DNA of 63,184 nt, filler included, from Bigelowiella natans CCMP2755 (Eukaryota > Protista > Cercozoa): NCBI GenBank assembly GCA_000320545.1. It is 7 parts of 7 records of this genome, joined end to end, with 100 filler letters (N's around TTAATTAATTAA, not from the genome) between each part and the next. Parts side by side here need not be neighbours in the genome. Positions count along the whole stretch, not along the records: positions 36,459 to 39,165 come from ADNK01003281.1; positions 39,266 to 44,436 come from ADNK01003054.1; positions 44,537 to 61,446 come from ADNK01000800.1; 4 more parts are not named here. The stretch is one strand, 5' to 3'. The number at the start of each line of letters is the position of its first letter. Position 1 is the first letter of the stretch. The notes under the pieces were generated by a model, which ran no database searches, was not told the origin of the DNA, and saw only the letters and a program-made list of their open reading frames with translations. Below, in pieces: positions 36,830 through 49,475 of this stretch. A program made the position numbers and the translations under genes.

Positions 36830-38153
36830 AGGAATCTTTTCAACCACGGGCAACATCTTTGCTACGTGCAGATAATCCTCCTACAAGAGAGATAGGGAGA
36901 GATTAGAAGAAGCGTGGAAAGGGGGTTAAGCGAGGGGGGGGGGGGGGGGGATCAAACTATGCGTACTGAAGAGATTCACACATCTCTCTGCAAATAATCG
37001 AGGAATTATATCACCAGCGCATCTTCGGTGCATAGGACGGCGTCCGCGCCGGCATCCTCACACGCCTGTGCGCAACTTCTTTTCCGACACGCTGTATGGC
37101 TGAAGATGACTACGTGACAGCCTAGTAGTTGTAATACGACATGGACCAATATCATCAGTAATGCCGCCATCACGAGATCGATCAGCACGCAAGCCTCCGC
37201 ACTTGCAAAGGCGCGCGGGAGAAGTTAACAACCTGGAAGCTTCTTTGCAGCGTCAATAACCGAGCTTCTATCGCCTGCGAGATCGAAGATAGCGTTCACG
37301 CCTCTTTTTGTGCCAAGAGCAGCAACGACAGCGATCCAGCGCTTTGAGTTCCTGGGGTTGCGAAGCAGCTCTAACGTCTGGCCAACCTGGGGGGGGAAGG
37401 GGAGGGGGGGGGAGCATGATCACGATCGAAACACCATTGATAATCCCTCTCGCATTTTGGAATTCGATACGAAGATTCCGTTGTATTATTATTACTATCA
37501 TCATTATTATTATTATTGTTTATTATTCATATGTATTTTAAGAAAAGTGAGATTGTGCAACCGTGTCGGCCTGGACAACCGAAAGCCCGTGCTGGCGAGC
37601 CACCTTCTGCACAGTATATCTCGTCCCTTTGCTAGCCATGCACACAATTTCTTTGCCCTCTCTTCTCGAGGAGGTTGCACTGTTATTGCCGCCGCCGATA
37701 CCCTCCTCCTTCTCTTTCGAATTTCGGGCCCCCATGAGAAGAACAGTTTTACTTATTCCTACGCGGAGAACGATGTTAGTTTTAGTTCTGTGTGGCTGTG
37801 CCACTCGAGTGTCTAGATTATCGCATAGTTACTTCAGTATAGCGCAAATTTTAAAGACTGGATTCGTAGCCCAAGATTGTGCATGCGCAGGGGTAAATTT
37901 CCGGTTCGCTTCGTTGTTTTTGCTGGTCCTTTCATCACACCACATCGGCCCCTCCCCCCCCCTTCCTCAACCCCCTCTCTCATGACCATTGCCCGATCAT
38001 GTTAGTGCCTGCAAATTACCTGATGGATGATGCACACAATTGTAAACTTACGTCGCTCCCCCCCTTCGTCCTCTTTCGTCCTCGTCGTCGGCTGTTCTGC
38101 TGAGGGGATGTTACTGAATCTTTGCCCGATGTCGTGCCGCCAAGAAATCCATG
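36830..38153 (-). CDS. Multi-exon hypothetical gene, 5' part
   Basis: AG/GT-bounded open segments NSKRWIAVVAALGTKRGVNAIFDL..., CHVVIFSHTACRKRSCAQACEDAGADAVL, EDYLHVAKMLPVVEK. Confidence 0.4.
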
Positions 38154-38212
38154 CGAATTCGAGGGTGCGACAAGCTTTCTGATCGCTTCTAGCTAGCTTT
38201 TCTCAAACACCC

Positions 38213-38732
38213 CCAAATGTCTTGCAACATTTTGGAAATGTAGGTCTTGCGCCGTCAGAATTTTGCTGCTAGTGTCATTGCTTCTCAATGACCAAGTCAT
38301 GCCATTTTGGCAAACCAGCTAGTTGATTTGCTAGTCACAGTCCTCACTGAAACCAGTTCGAGGCACTGCATTTTGCACACTGCAAGTGTCTTGCAACACT
38401 TTGGAAGTGCAGTTTTTCATCATTGTTTCATTGTTTCATTGCAGTTCGTCATCATTGTTCTTGTTCTTGTTCCCCCGTCCTCCTCCTCACTTGGCTGCGC
38501 TGGTTGTGAGCCAGTTCGAGGCACTGCATTTCGAACACTGCAAATGTCTTGCAACACTTTGGAAACGCAGTCCATCATCATTGTTCATTGTTCATTGTGA
38601 TGCGTTCAATGTTTGGTTCGTGCCAATTTGCATGAAACCCGTCAGTTTGCTGGTCAGTCCTCACTGAAGCCACTTCGAGGCACTGCATTTCGCACGTTGC
38701 AAGTGTCTTGTCACACTTTGGAAGTGTGGTTT
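38213..38732. repeat. Degenerate tandem repeat, period about 158 bp (3 full cores plus 1 partial)
   Basis: Core CCA(G/C)TTCGAGGCACTGCATTT..TGCAA(A/G)TGTCTTG.(A/C)ACACTTTGGAA at ~38353, 38511 and 38670; partial at ~38214. Confidence 0.85.
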
Positions 38733-38843
38733 TTTGTCAGCGGTCTGGCCGCGCCACCCACGATCAAGGAGCTGTCGCAGCATGCGCACGTCCACTCGTG
38801 CTGCACGCTGCGCTGCGCACATGCGCATGGAAGTTCTCAGAAC

Positions 38844-38942
38844 TTCCAGAATCTTCGAGAACATTCCGGAAGCTTCGAGAACCTTCCAGAAACACTCGAG
38901 AGAATTCGAGAGAATTCTGGAAGATTCGAGAATCTTCGCGAA
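38844..38942. promoter_or_regulatory. Extended heat-shock-element-like array (nTTCn/nGAAn)
   Basis: Ten perfectly phased alternating TTC/GAA pentamers at 38844-38891 and six more at 38915-38942. Confidence 0.65.
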
Positions 38943-39165
38943 TGCGCCGGAACCCAATGCGCACATGCGTGCAGCGCAAGTCACAAGTCATCATCAGAAT
39001 CCAAAAGCACACGAGACCGCGTGTTGACTTTCCAACATCAACAGCACAGTCCCGCGCACAAAAGCCAAACAGCTACCGCTAGTCCGCTAAAAGGTTATGA
39101 GCCTCAAGAGGACTTGCTAGAGAACCAACAAAGAAAAGAACCAAGCAAACCCCCCACCCCCCCCC

Positions 39166-39265
39166 NNNNNNNNNNNNNNNNNNNNNNNNNNNNNNNNNNN
39201 NNNNNNNNNTTAATTAATTAANNNNNNNNNNNNNNNNNNNNNNNNNNNNNNNNNNNNNNNNNNNN
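39166..39265. other. Artificial contig linker
   Basis: N-TTAATTAATTAA-N, 100 nt. Confidence 0.98.
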
Positions 39266-39425
39266 CGTATAGTCTCTCTATTATATGAATATATAAATAT
39301 ATGAGTATATATATATATATGTATATATTATATATATATATATATATATGTGCACATATACTATGTTTGAGATCGGATAAAGCTAGTTACCCATTTTGCC
39401 GTGCTGCGAATACAACAAAACACAG

Positions 39426-40023
39426 GTTCAAGCCACGCTCATGCTATTGCGGATTCTGCACAGCTGTGAGGTGAGAAATGAGAGAAACGAGTGCGGTGTG
39501 AGAGCCCTTGCCGGAATGTGGTTTGGGTAGTTTGCAGCAAGGGATGGTGATGGTGATGATGATGATGATGATGGTGATGGTGATGATGGTGATGATGATG
39601 ATGATAATGATGATAATGATGATGATGATGATGAGGATGATGATGAGGATGACGATATGTGGTGGTCTTTGTATTCGGAAGGCGTTCGCATTCTGTTTGT
39701 TAATCTGTAAAGACGGCTAATGAATCTTGTTTTTTTCAAAAAATAATCCATTTGCTGTTGTTTCGCGCGCAGCACCTTCCCCAAAACCTGCATCGAGCCG
39801 CCCCCCAATTCATGGAACGGTGCGTTTATTTTTTTTAAATTCTACTAGCATGAAAGGGGAGGGGGGGGGGGGGGGGGGGGCGACGGACAACGGATTAATG
39901 TATGGTTCTTCCTAATGGGCATTATCAGGGGCATTGAGATCTATTTTTCTAATTGTAGATAGCAGTGATAACGAATTGTTTCTGTATTTTATAAACTATA
40001 CATTATATACGCTAACACGCGTG

Positions 40024-40061
<38 letters not shown>

Positions 40062-41230
40062 TGTATTTATATGATATGGAGAGATTTATATGTCATAATA
40101 ACATGCAGGTTCACCGCGAGATTGCGCAGGGCTTTGGAGGAGATTTATAAAAATCCACGCTACGATGGCTCTCAGACGTTGGAAGGCGTTATGGACCCTA
40201 ATAGGGTAACAATGATGGTGATAGTGATGGTGGTGATGTTGGTGATGTTGGTGATGTTGGTGATGATGATGATGATGATGATGATGATAATAGTGATGAT
40301 GGTGATGGTGATGAGCTCCTCCTATGTTGGAACGACAAGAATTTTGTATGCGCTGGTTGGACTTAATTGTTATCCCGTCCAGAAAACTTCGGAGGGGGGC
40401 GCCTCCAAGGTGGATTCGAAGAGAGACGCCATGGATCTTGTGGAATACCTGAAAACACAGGTGGTGTGCGAGATTATTTGCAGATTGTTATCTGTGATGA
40501 TGATGATGATGATCATGATGATGAAGATGAGATTGATAATAATCATCAAAATAATTACGAAAACCGTCAGCAAAAATTTCAAACCTTTTTTCGCCACCCG
40601 AATCAACAGCAGCAGCCCCCCCCCCCCTCCCGCCTGCCCCTCCACCGACTTTGCACACTAGATAAATATTGTGAGTATGAAAACGACTTGATGTTACGAT
40701 TTTCGGCGTGTGCGTGTCGGCTTGGGAGATGACGTGATAACTGGATTTGGTAGGTGATGAAGATCCGCGAGCACGGCAGAGGACACCAGGTCTCTTCATT
40801 CGAATGTTAAGCGCGCCTTCTACCAAATCTCCAGATTCTTTCCTATGATAGTAAAGACGGCGCGACGCGACGCTTTGCGCCTTTGACTCGGATGATTTGT
40901 TTGTATTTCGCGCCGTTTTTGCAAGGTTTTCGGATTTCATGCTTGCTGTCTGATTGTATCCCCCCCCCCCTTTCTCCCCCCTGGCTACAGCCGTTGCATC
41001 CTGGGAAAGTGAATTCTTTTAGAGACACACTGGACAGAATCGAATTAGCTATCAAAGGTATCGTGCATCGTTCCTTCTCCGCCTAGAGTGCCTTCGCACG
41101 GAGTTGGAGAGGCGAACATGGTGTGCGCGCATGCATATGTCTTGTCGTTGTTTCTAAGCTCCCCTTCATGATTTAGACGGGACTCTGGGAACGGGAAATT
41201 CTAGGCGGACTTCATCTAATAGCGGTGAGA
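39426..41230 (+). CDS. Multi-exon hypothetical gene, 3' part
   Basis: Phase-compatible exons HLPQNLHRAAPQFMER|FTARLRRALEEIYKNPRYDG..|KTSEGG..DLVEYLKTQ|VMKIREHGRG..; later PLHPGKVNSFRDTLDRIELAIK. Confidence 0.5.
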
Positions 41231-41688
41231 TTGCGAAATTTGAATTTCCCCTTTATGGCGTCGTTTTTACTGTATGTTGTATTTGGAACAAAGGCATACA
41301 CGTAGGGGTGAATGTCGTGCATGTTTATTGTCACAATAGCTTTGCTCATTTTCTTTGGTTTTATGGAAATGGAATTTGGTTTTTAAATTTTTTCCGGGGC
41401 GGGGGGGGGGGGGGTAGAAGGGCGGATTCCTGATTAGAATTATGGTTATTTCATATCACCTCATAAGACGCGATTTTCTTCATCTCGGTTATTATTTTCA
41501 AATTACTCAAGTGACATTAGATTGAAACTGGTAGGGTATGAATATTGTTGAAGTGTATGATCTTCCAATCCTCTGCTTTTCCTTGAAATTTGTGTCGTGT
41601 TATCATGCATTCCGTTGTTACTGACAGTCCGAACAAGCAGAAGGAGCACTCGAGAGGTATGAATGCAGATACGGAATATTCATATATA

Positions 41689-41724
<36 letters not shown>

Positions 41725-43621
41725 CTACGGTCCATTGATTGCTATGCCAATGACAACTGGGTCGCATACTGAAGAAGCACCTTTTTCTTTGCTACAGGAG
41801 GTCGGACGAGCTCGCGGAATTAGCAATTTGACGCAGCGCCGAGTGAGTAACTTGGCTACTATGGAGGAGGAACCGTCGTCGCAAATTAATAATAAGCGCA
41901 TATAGTGGGCGCGTCTCTCTGATGCGTCGTTGCTGGTCTGAAGATGTGTCATGATCGTGCAAATGACAACATGAAGTATAAATGCTGAAGAAAATACGTG
42001 CGCCCTTGACGGCGATATGGCGACCGTTTACCCGCAATAGCTACTAAATTCAGTGACATTGCATTGAACGCAACATTCCTAGAGCTAGAGAGTGTTACAT
42101 TGCATAGCATGGGCGCGCACATTGAACCTGCAATGCTAGAATGGCATCCAGGCAATAATCAGCAATGCTTACGCGCAAAAGGGGGGCATGCGTTATCATT
42201 GCAGCTGATTTTGATCATGCAGCGTGAATCTAATGGATCGAGGTGTTTTTTCATAAAATGACAGAAATTGTGTAATTATTTATTTGTTGTGAATTTATTA
42301 GCAAATTTGAGTTTTGCATGCGATGAAAAGAAATTAATTAATGTCGCAAGCGTGCATTCTTTATTAACCTCATAGAGGAATCCGCCTGATAAAGAATGCA
42401 TGCCAATGTAGCACTCTGGCAATGTCAGGAATTAAAATGCCTGCACCATGGTGCACAACGTATTTTCATTTTGCTGGTAATGTGACCTTTTTCCAAGCCA
42501 GCTAGCAAGGCTAGAAGGCTAAAGGTAAAAGGCTTGCTTAGCCAGCCCAGATGAAATTTATTTGTATCGTCTTCGGAAAACCAAAACATCTTCACGTGCG
42601 CTCTACAATCACATGATGAAAAAACTTTCTTTGAGATCTGCGGATGCTCATGCGCGGAATGGAAGATTTGGAAGAATTGAATTGGATCTTTTTGCTTCTG
42701 CGACAGACACTGCTAGCTAGCTAGACTGGGTACATGTCGTCCAGTCAAACCAAGTGAGAAAGGGTGTTGGATGTCTCCAGGCCACGGCCGCCCACCAACC
42801 ATTTATTTGCACAAATAACCATGCTAGCATGCACGTATTGCATTGCGCGTACATGCTGGCTAGCGGGCAGCAATAAAGAGATTCACAGCATGCACATTTA
42901 GATGAAACAACAATCAATGTGAGGAGCGTGATGGTGTCTCGAGATTGAGACTACTCAATCATTTCCGTTGCATTCATGTGCGTAATGGAAGTCTTGTGTG
43001 TTTAGTTTTGTTGATATGATTTTGTTGGTATGATTTTGTGTTTGTACACATACACAGATGTACAAGCAGCCTATATCGAATAAGTAAACACCCTATTATG
43101 ACTATGGATCCGAAGACCGCGCTCTCTTTGACCCGGCAGCGACATCATCATCATTATTTAGGAGCCCCCCCGTCCTTTTCCTTTGTTGGTTTTCATTGCT
43201 ATCTGTTGGAGGAACGATGCTGGAGGAGGATGAGCTACTACTTGGAACGACTGCGCTGCCTATTCTCTTCACCGCATCTTTCTGCTCAGAACTTCTGATC
43301 GTCCCAATGGCCGCTGCAACCGCATTTACATCGCTTTAGAATCTCACCTTTTCCTCCTCCCCCCCCCCCCTCTTCTCTCACCCGTTCTCATCTAACATTC
43401 TATATTAGTGCAGTTCAACGCTCTTGAAAGCATGCAATCAAATTTTGAGAGTTTCGAAGGTGAAAATCCGCAAAGTCAATACGTGAAAGCTGCTATTCTC
43501 ACCATCTAGTATCTGAGGATGCAGCATGTTGATCTCGCCACAATCGCGAGATAACACCCTCCCCAGGCGCTGATGTTTGCGTAGAAATCATCAGAGAACT
43601 GTTCTTGTTGGAATGCGCATG

Positions 43622-43658
<37 letters not shown>

Positions 43659-43904
43659 GTGTGTGTGTGTGTGTGTTGAAAATTCTGAAGGAAAGTTTCC
43701 GGAACGAATAAAATTGGGACAGTTTAACGTTCAAGAGTGTGGAGTTTGGAGACATGTGGTTTAATTTTTTTCCGATTTTGCATTTGGCATGCTGTGAACA
43801 AGTCAATTCCTCTCACCTTGGTTTCAAACTCTATAATGATCCCTGCACAAACGTGGCAGCTCCTTGCCACCGCCCATTCGAGCGCCTGTGTGTGTGTGTG
43901 TGTG

Positions 43905-43937
<33 letters not shown>

Positions 43938-44266
43938 AAGTGCGCGCGTTTGTATGGTTGACGAAAAACCACGTCGGGTTTTGTCCGTATAAATTCGTGC
44001 TAATATGCGGTTTTTGTGCGTTTGTGCGTAAAGCTCCTCATGCACATTTGCAAACGCCACGAATGGCAGCACACCACAGCGCACCAACCACAAACTCTCT
44101 ACCAGCATATTAAGACTAGAAAAAGGACAAGATAATGAGGGCAGGATCCGAGAACACTAACCCCACTTTCTCGTGTTTTATGCATATATCATCATGTATT
44201 TGAGATCTAATCATGGGACTGAGATCCATCTCCATCAACGGGGTGCACTAGTATATTATAGATGTC

Positions 44267-44317
<51 letters not shown>

Positions 44318-44436
44318 ATAGAGAGAGAGAGAGAGAAACGGAATGCAAAGGGCGGGTGACCATTTGTAGGATCTTAATACAAGCAAATATTTACTACTGT
44401 CTCAATTTTCTACATTGATTTTGATGTACATTTTTA

Positions 44437-44536
44437 NNNNNNNNNNNNNNNNNNNNNNNNNNNNNNNNNNNNNNNNNNNNTTAATTAATTAANNNNNNNN
44501 NNNNNNNNNNNNNNNNNNNNNNNNNNNNNNNNNNNN
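44437..44536. other. Artificial contig linker
   Basis: N-TTAATTAATTAA-N, 100 nt. Confidence 0.98.
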
Positions 44537-45058
44537 TCAAAGGACCCCAGGGGGTGATTTTTAGTGTGTGTGTGTGCCGCATGCCAATACCAATGCTGTG
44601 CACCCCTTCCCCCCCCCCCCCCCCCCCCCGCCACCAGCACCCACCTTTGTTGCTGCGAGGAGACTCAAGTAGCCCGCCTTCATCTCTCGGAGGCGACTCA
44701 AATAGTACAACACGGCATCGACCTATATACATAAATTCATATATTTATATTACACACAAAGCTGGGTACTTCCGGTTTTTGGCCTTCTACTTTCCCTTTG
44801 CACTTGTGAGTTCCCTCCTACCGTCATTTCGACTCGCAATCTTCTAATCAAACTTACGCCGCTCTCCGCACCACCACCACCACCACACCTTAACGAGTCC
44901 GTTGTTGTCTTTAGGGAGGCGGAGAAAGAGCGACGTGGTCAGGGCAGGGACGAGACGGCTCGGGGCGCGCAGCTTGAGCTATAGTTGTCATCATATCATT
45001 CAGTGCCTTTGCCATGCAGGAAAATATCGAAGTTCCATGTTTACACGGATGAATACGA

Positions 45059-45096
<38 letters not shown>

Positions 45097-46314
45097 TGAG
45101 CGCGACACGTATGCTTTTGTGCGCCAAAGACAATAACCTCGCAGTAGTCGTCATAGTCTAGCCAGCCTGGAGGTGACCCCCTTTGCATAGAAAAGGCCTT
45201 TATCGCCCCGTGAAACATTTCGAGATCCTTCTCGGTTGCCTGGACTTTCAATGCTCTCTTCGCATAGTCGACACGCGCCACAGCCATGATCTTTTCCTGG
45301 AGATTCGTGTTGTCGTGTCCACCGCTGCTGCCGCTGCTGCTACTCTCTCCCCCGAAATCCTGCCCAACATGAGAATTCAGTTTTGATTTCCTAGATGATC
45401 ATTTTTCTATGGGTGCAAGACCGTCGTATCACTTAATCTAGTATGCATTAGTGTTATGCAGGTTGCCGATTCTTGAGTGAGCTTAAAAGAAAAATATTAG
45501 ATATCAGCCGTTCCTTTCCTATTTTTTCAAAGTTTTAGACTGTATTAACCGACCTTCTCGCTGTTCCTATTCTTTTTGGCTCTCTTTCTCTCCACGTAAA
45601 ACCTCGGAATTACGACTTTGCTGCCGGCTTTTGCCTCGCTGGCCTTGGATTTGGACGACTCAAGCTTGGCGACTTCGGCATCATCTATGGGGATATCCTT
45701 GGGAATCCTTGCAACGCCCTTAGAGAGAGCAAATCTGTCCAGACGGCGCGCCCACCCGGGCATTCCCTTCATCTTCGGCGCGATCTTGGTTAATGAGGGC
45801 AGACGATTTGACATTGCTGTACAGGCAGTAATGTCGTATCGCGACCTACAATGTTGGTTGGTAAGGATGAGGATACTAATGTAGAGAGGACACACCGAAA
45901 AGAAAGGGAGGATCCTGACAAAATTGCGCTATCTCTCGCCTTTGTGTGTCCTACTACTATTCCCAGGTGGGGGGGTGGGGACGACCACCGTTTAATTTCA
46001 GCTTTCCGATAGGTCTGGGGATCAGTACTAACGGAAACGACGAATACCCTATTTAAGGTCATTTTTGTAGCGGATTTTATTCCTGCGACTAAAGTCAAAT
46101 CGTGTCGTTATGCACTTAATCCTCGTCTGCTCAATTCGAAATTAGTTCTGGACACGAATTTACCTTGTCGTAAGAAGGTTTTGTTGGCTAATTTGATCCA
46201 AATCCTGCTTTAATGCTTTTAGGTGAGGATTTCTGGTTGTCGCACCCTCTGTGCCCTCTGCTGTATATGTGTTCATACGCTCGTATCGGCTCGGGTCGAG
46301 AAGGGGGGAAGAAA

Positions 46315-46785
46315 TTTCCGAAACGTTCATCGTCGACCCGGAAGAACAGGATGCTGTAGTTGATGGGAACATACATTCCTTGTTCATTCTGCAGGGTAGT
46401 AAGAACTCGTACAGCAACAAAGAAACAAATCAATATCTATGTTTGACGCTCGACGGCTTGAGTTCTGTTTTTGAGTTCTGTGACTCGCTTTTCCTCATCG
46501 TCGACCCGGAAGAACAGGATGCTGTAGTTGATGGGAACATACATTGTGTTTGACGCTCGACGGCTTGAGATCTGTTTTTGTGTTCTGTGACTCGCTTTTC
46601 CTCATCGTCGACCCGGAAGAACAGGATGCTGTAGTTGATTGGAACACACATTCCTTGTTTGTTCTGTAACAGAGTGAGAACTCGCACAGCAATGACAAAA
46701 ACAAAAGCATGAGTTCGACGTTCGACGGCTTTGCGGCTCGCGTTGAACTTGAGTTCTGTTTTTGTGTTCGTTTTTCCGAAACGTT
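46315..46785. repeat. Three-copy tandem repeat with an internal deletion in copy 2
   Basis: TCATCGTCGACCCGGAAGAACAGGATGCTGTAGTTGAT at 46327, 46495 and 46602; the shared downstream blocks also align. Confidence 0.92.
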
Positions 46786-47580
46786 TGTTTGCATGTCATG
46801 TCATGCAATGACACATGCGATGGCCTGCATGTTTTGAAGTTGACTTCTGCAGTGTGATCAGTGGCGTGATCACAATTGCGTGAAGCCGGAAGGCCTGGTG
46901 CAGGTGCGTCATGCACGTCGTGACAATGCATGAGTGTGAGCCCATTGCGATCGTTGCTGACAATTGAACTGTTGGACATGCTTTCACATCGTGCGGTGGC
47001 GCTACATGCATGTGACGTCGTGCTGGGACACAGCAGACGTCATGACAAACGTAGCAATGTGGCTAGCCAGTGATGTGTTCATTGCTGCACGTGTTGCACA
47101 TCGCAGTGCATCGCACATGCAACGCATCGCATTGCATCTGCTCTGCGTCAATGCAATCGACGAGTGTGCTCTGTTGCACACCGACGTGCGTGTGAGACCA
47201 TGCGGGAGCAAGGTGATGACCCCTAACAACATTGTGTCCACAGCAATTGGTAGCTAGTGTCGCAGACCAAACAAGATCACACGCACGTCACAGCACATCA
47301 TTGCAGCAAAATGCAAAAAATGCGCAAGCACAGACCAACTAGCCAACCCACGTCGAATTCACATGCAACCTGCACACATTGAGGCGACTTTAGGACTAGC
47401 CACATGCTCAGTGTGTTGCAATCACGTTGCACGTTTGATGTGTCAACAACTAACCATGCATGAATCGAGTGGGAGTGCAGACAGTCGGCCGAGCACTGCA
47501 CATCTAGATTTGCCTGACTAGCTGAGGCGACGGCTTTGTGTGTCACAAAACAATCGGACAGCAGCATCGCTGCTGGGCCA
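46741..47580. other. TpA-depleted island (degenerate repeat or TE relic)
   Basis: Only 12 TA in 840 nt, all in CTA or TAG context; TG and CA strongly enriched; CG abundant. Confidence 0.85.
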
Positions 47581-48018
47581 TCGATCGGGAGGGAACATAG
47601 GAAATATTAGGAATGAAAACTTAGCTTCAATGATGTGATCGGGGAACGATAAACAATAACGAGGAACTGGTCGCCACAACCGACGGATGTCTTCATTAAA
47701 AGGGAAAAGGAAACTCCATTACGTGGGCGGGATCATTGTCGTCCTCATCATACCGCATGCTACAACGGAGGGCATTGCGACAGCCACTGCAACTAATATA
47801 AATTCGGATAGATCTTATTGCCATCTTCGAGCTCCATCAGAGCCATTATTTTCGGGGAGGAGTAGGAGTAGGGTTGGGTTTAATCGTTGTCGTTAAGTGG
47901 GCAATGGGGGGGGGGGGATGGAAATGGAGGTGGCATAGGGGTTGGGAAATAAGATCAATGGCGAGATCCTAGGCACTAACTACGTAAGTTATTCGTCCTC
48001 CATAAGAGGCCAAGGTCA

Positions 48019-49442
48019 CTAGCTGAGGTCCGGTTCATAGTCGCCCTCGTAATAGAAGCGCTTCACTATTGGCCTGCTCGTGACAATATTCGAGTAGATG
48101 TCGGGCCATGCTATTTTTAGCGCACGCCCCCTCTTGTTTACTTTGAGGCTCTTCGCCACCGACTTAAGGCCTGGCTGTGCCTGCACCATGCACACAAAAC
48201 AAAACTATGTCACTATTGCTTTTCTGCAGTCACATTGCTTCCTCGACATTTTCCACGTCCACATTACAGTTCAATCTCGCAGAATATTTCAAACGTGATT
48301 TACATGTCATTTCACCACTATTTTTGGCACCAATACTGGATGCCTACGCAACTTACCCTCTCGATGCGGTTCATAGCCCACAGGGCCTCGCTGGACCGCT
48401 GCTCTAAGCAGCCGAGGGGCAGCGTCTCTTTAGAGCCTGTGTCTAGGAAGCTAAGGGACACGCAACGGAACATCAGAAAGGCATCATCACAGAGGCCATG
48501 AGGCAGAAGAGGAATCAGAGCGATTGGAAGAGAAGAACGATGTAATTGGTTTTTGATTACAATAGAAACAGACATGCATTCAACCCTCCATACAGAACCT
48601 TAGGTCCCAATGGGCGTTCCTCGCGCGCTTCTCCAGCAGCTCCACTGCCTGAACCACCGAGAGGAAGAACTCCTTCGTGATCCGATCGTGTGGCTTGGGG
48701 GTCATCAACCGCGCGGCGTCTGTCACCAGCCGCAACTCGACGTCTCTCTGCAAGTGCTCTTTGAGGAACATTTGGAGCTGCTCTGGCCTCAAATATCTGA
48801 GAGAGTGGCAATGGGGGGCGGGAGGGAGGGAATGGAAAGAAAAATATTTATTGTGCTTCAATGCCGACTTTAACTTCGCACGCGTGGCGCTAACGCACCA
48901 CTACTGGCGGCGTCCATAGCTTACCCTTTCATGCCTTCGTCAGCTAGATCGAAGAGCACCTCGAGATCCTGGATGAAATCCTCCCTTAAATCATCGATGT
49001 CCATATCCCATAAGTCGTCGTCGTCGTCGTCTTTTTCCTCGTCCAGCAGCAGCTCGCTTCCGCCACCGGCGAGTTCGTTCAACATGCGGTCCTTTTTCGA
49101 TAGCTTGCGGTGCTCCATGGCGGCCTTATGGGCAAGGAAATCCTTGGTTGCTGCCTCAAGCGCCGCGCTCGGGTTCTTGGACACGTCGTTCTCGATGGTC
49201 TTCTTACTCTTCCGCAACAGCTTCAGCCTATTAGTATCATACGTCGCGTGCGTGAAGGTAGATGCGAAGGTAAAGGTTTGTGGGCTTCTTCTTCTCCTCG
49301 CTCCCCCCATGCTCACCAACGCATATACAATTGTCGCAAAATGGAGAGGGAGGGGAGGCGAAGAGAGGGAGGGGTTGGAGAAACACGCCGTCGCTATCAT
49401 CATGACCATATATGCTTCACTACGATCGCCATTCCGACTTTC

Positions 49443-49475
<33 letters not shown>

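Noticed and set aside
38213-38732. Regularly spaced repeats resembling a CRISPR array (also 46327-46700)
   Set aside because: The units are long and degenerate, the spacers are homologous to each other, no cas genes are present, and the context is eukaryotic.
38735-39092. Formal solo-LTR call around the HSE array
   Set aside because: It starts with TG, but I could not fix a convincing CA end with a TSD; kept only as a hypothesis.
43156-46340. Possible minus-strand exons (43156-43885, 45137-45287, 45545-46098)
   Set aside because: Plausible coding fragments, but I could not join them into consistent models or recognise domains.
46741-47580. CpG methylation decay or fungal-type RIP as the cause of the TG/CA excess
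   Set aside because: CpG remains plentiful and TA is depleted. CpG decay removes CG, and RIP consumes CA/TG and increases TA.
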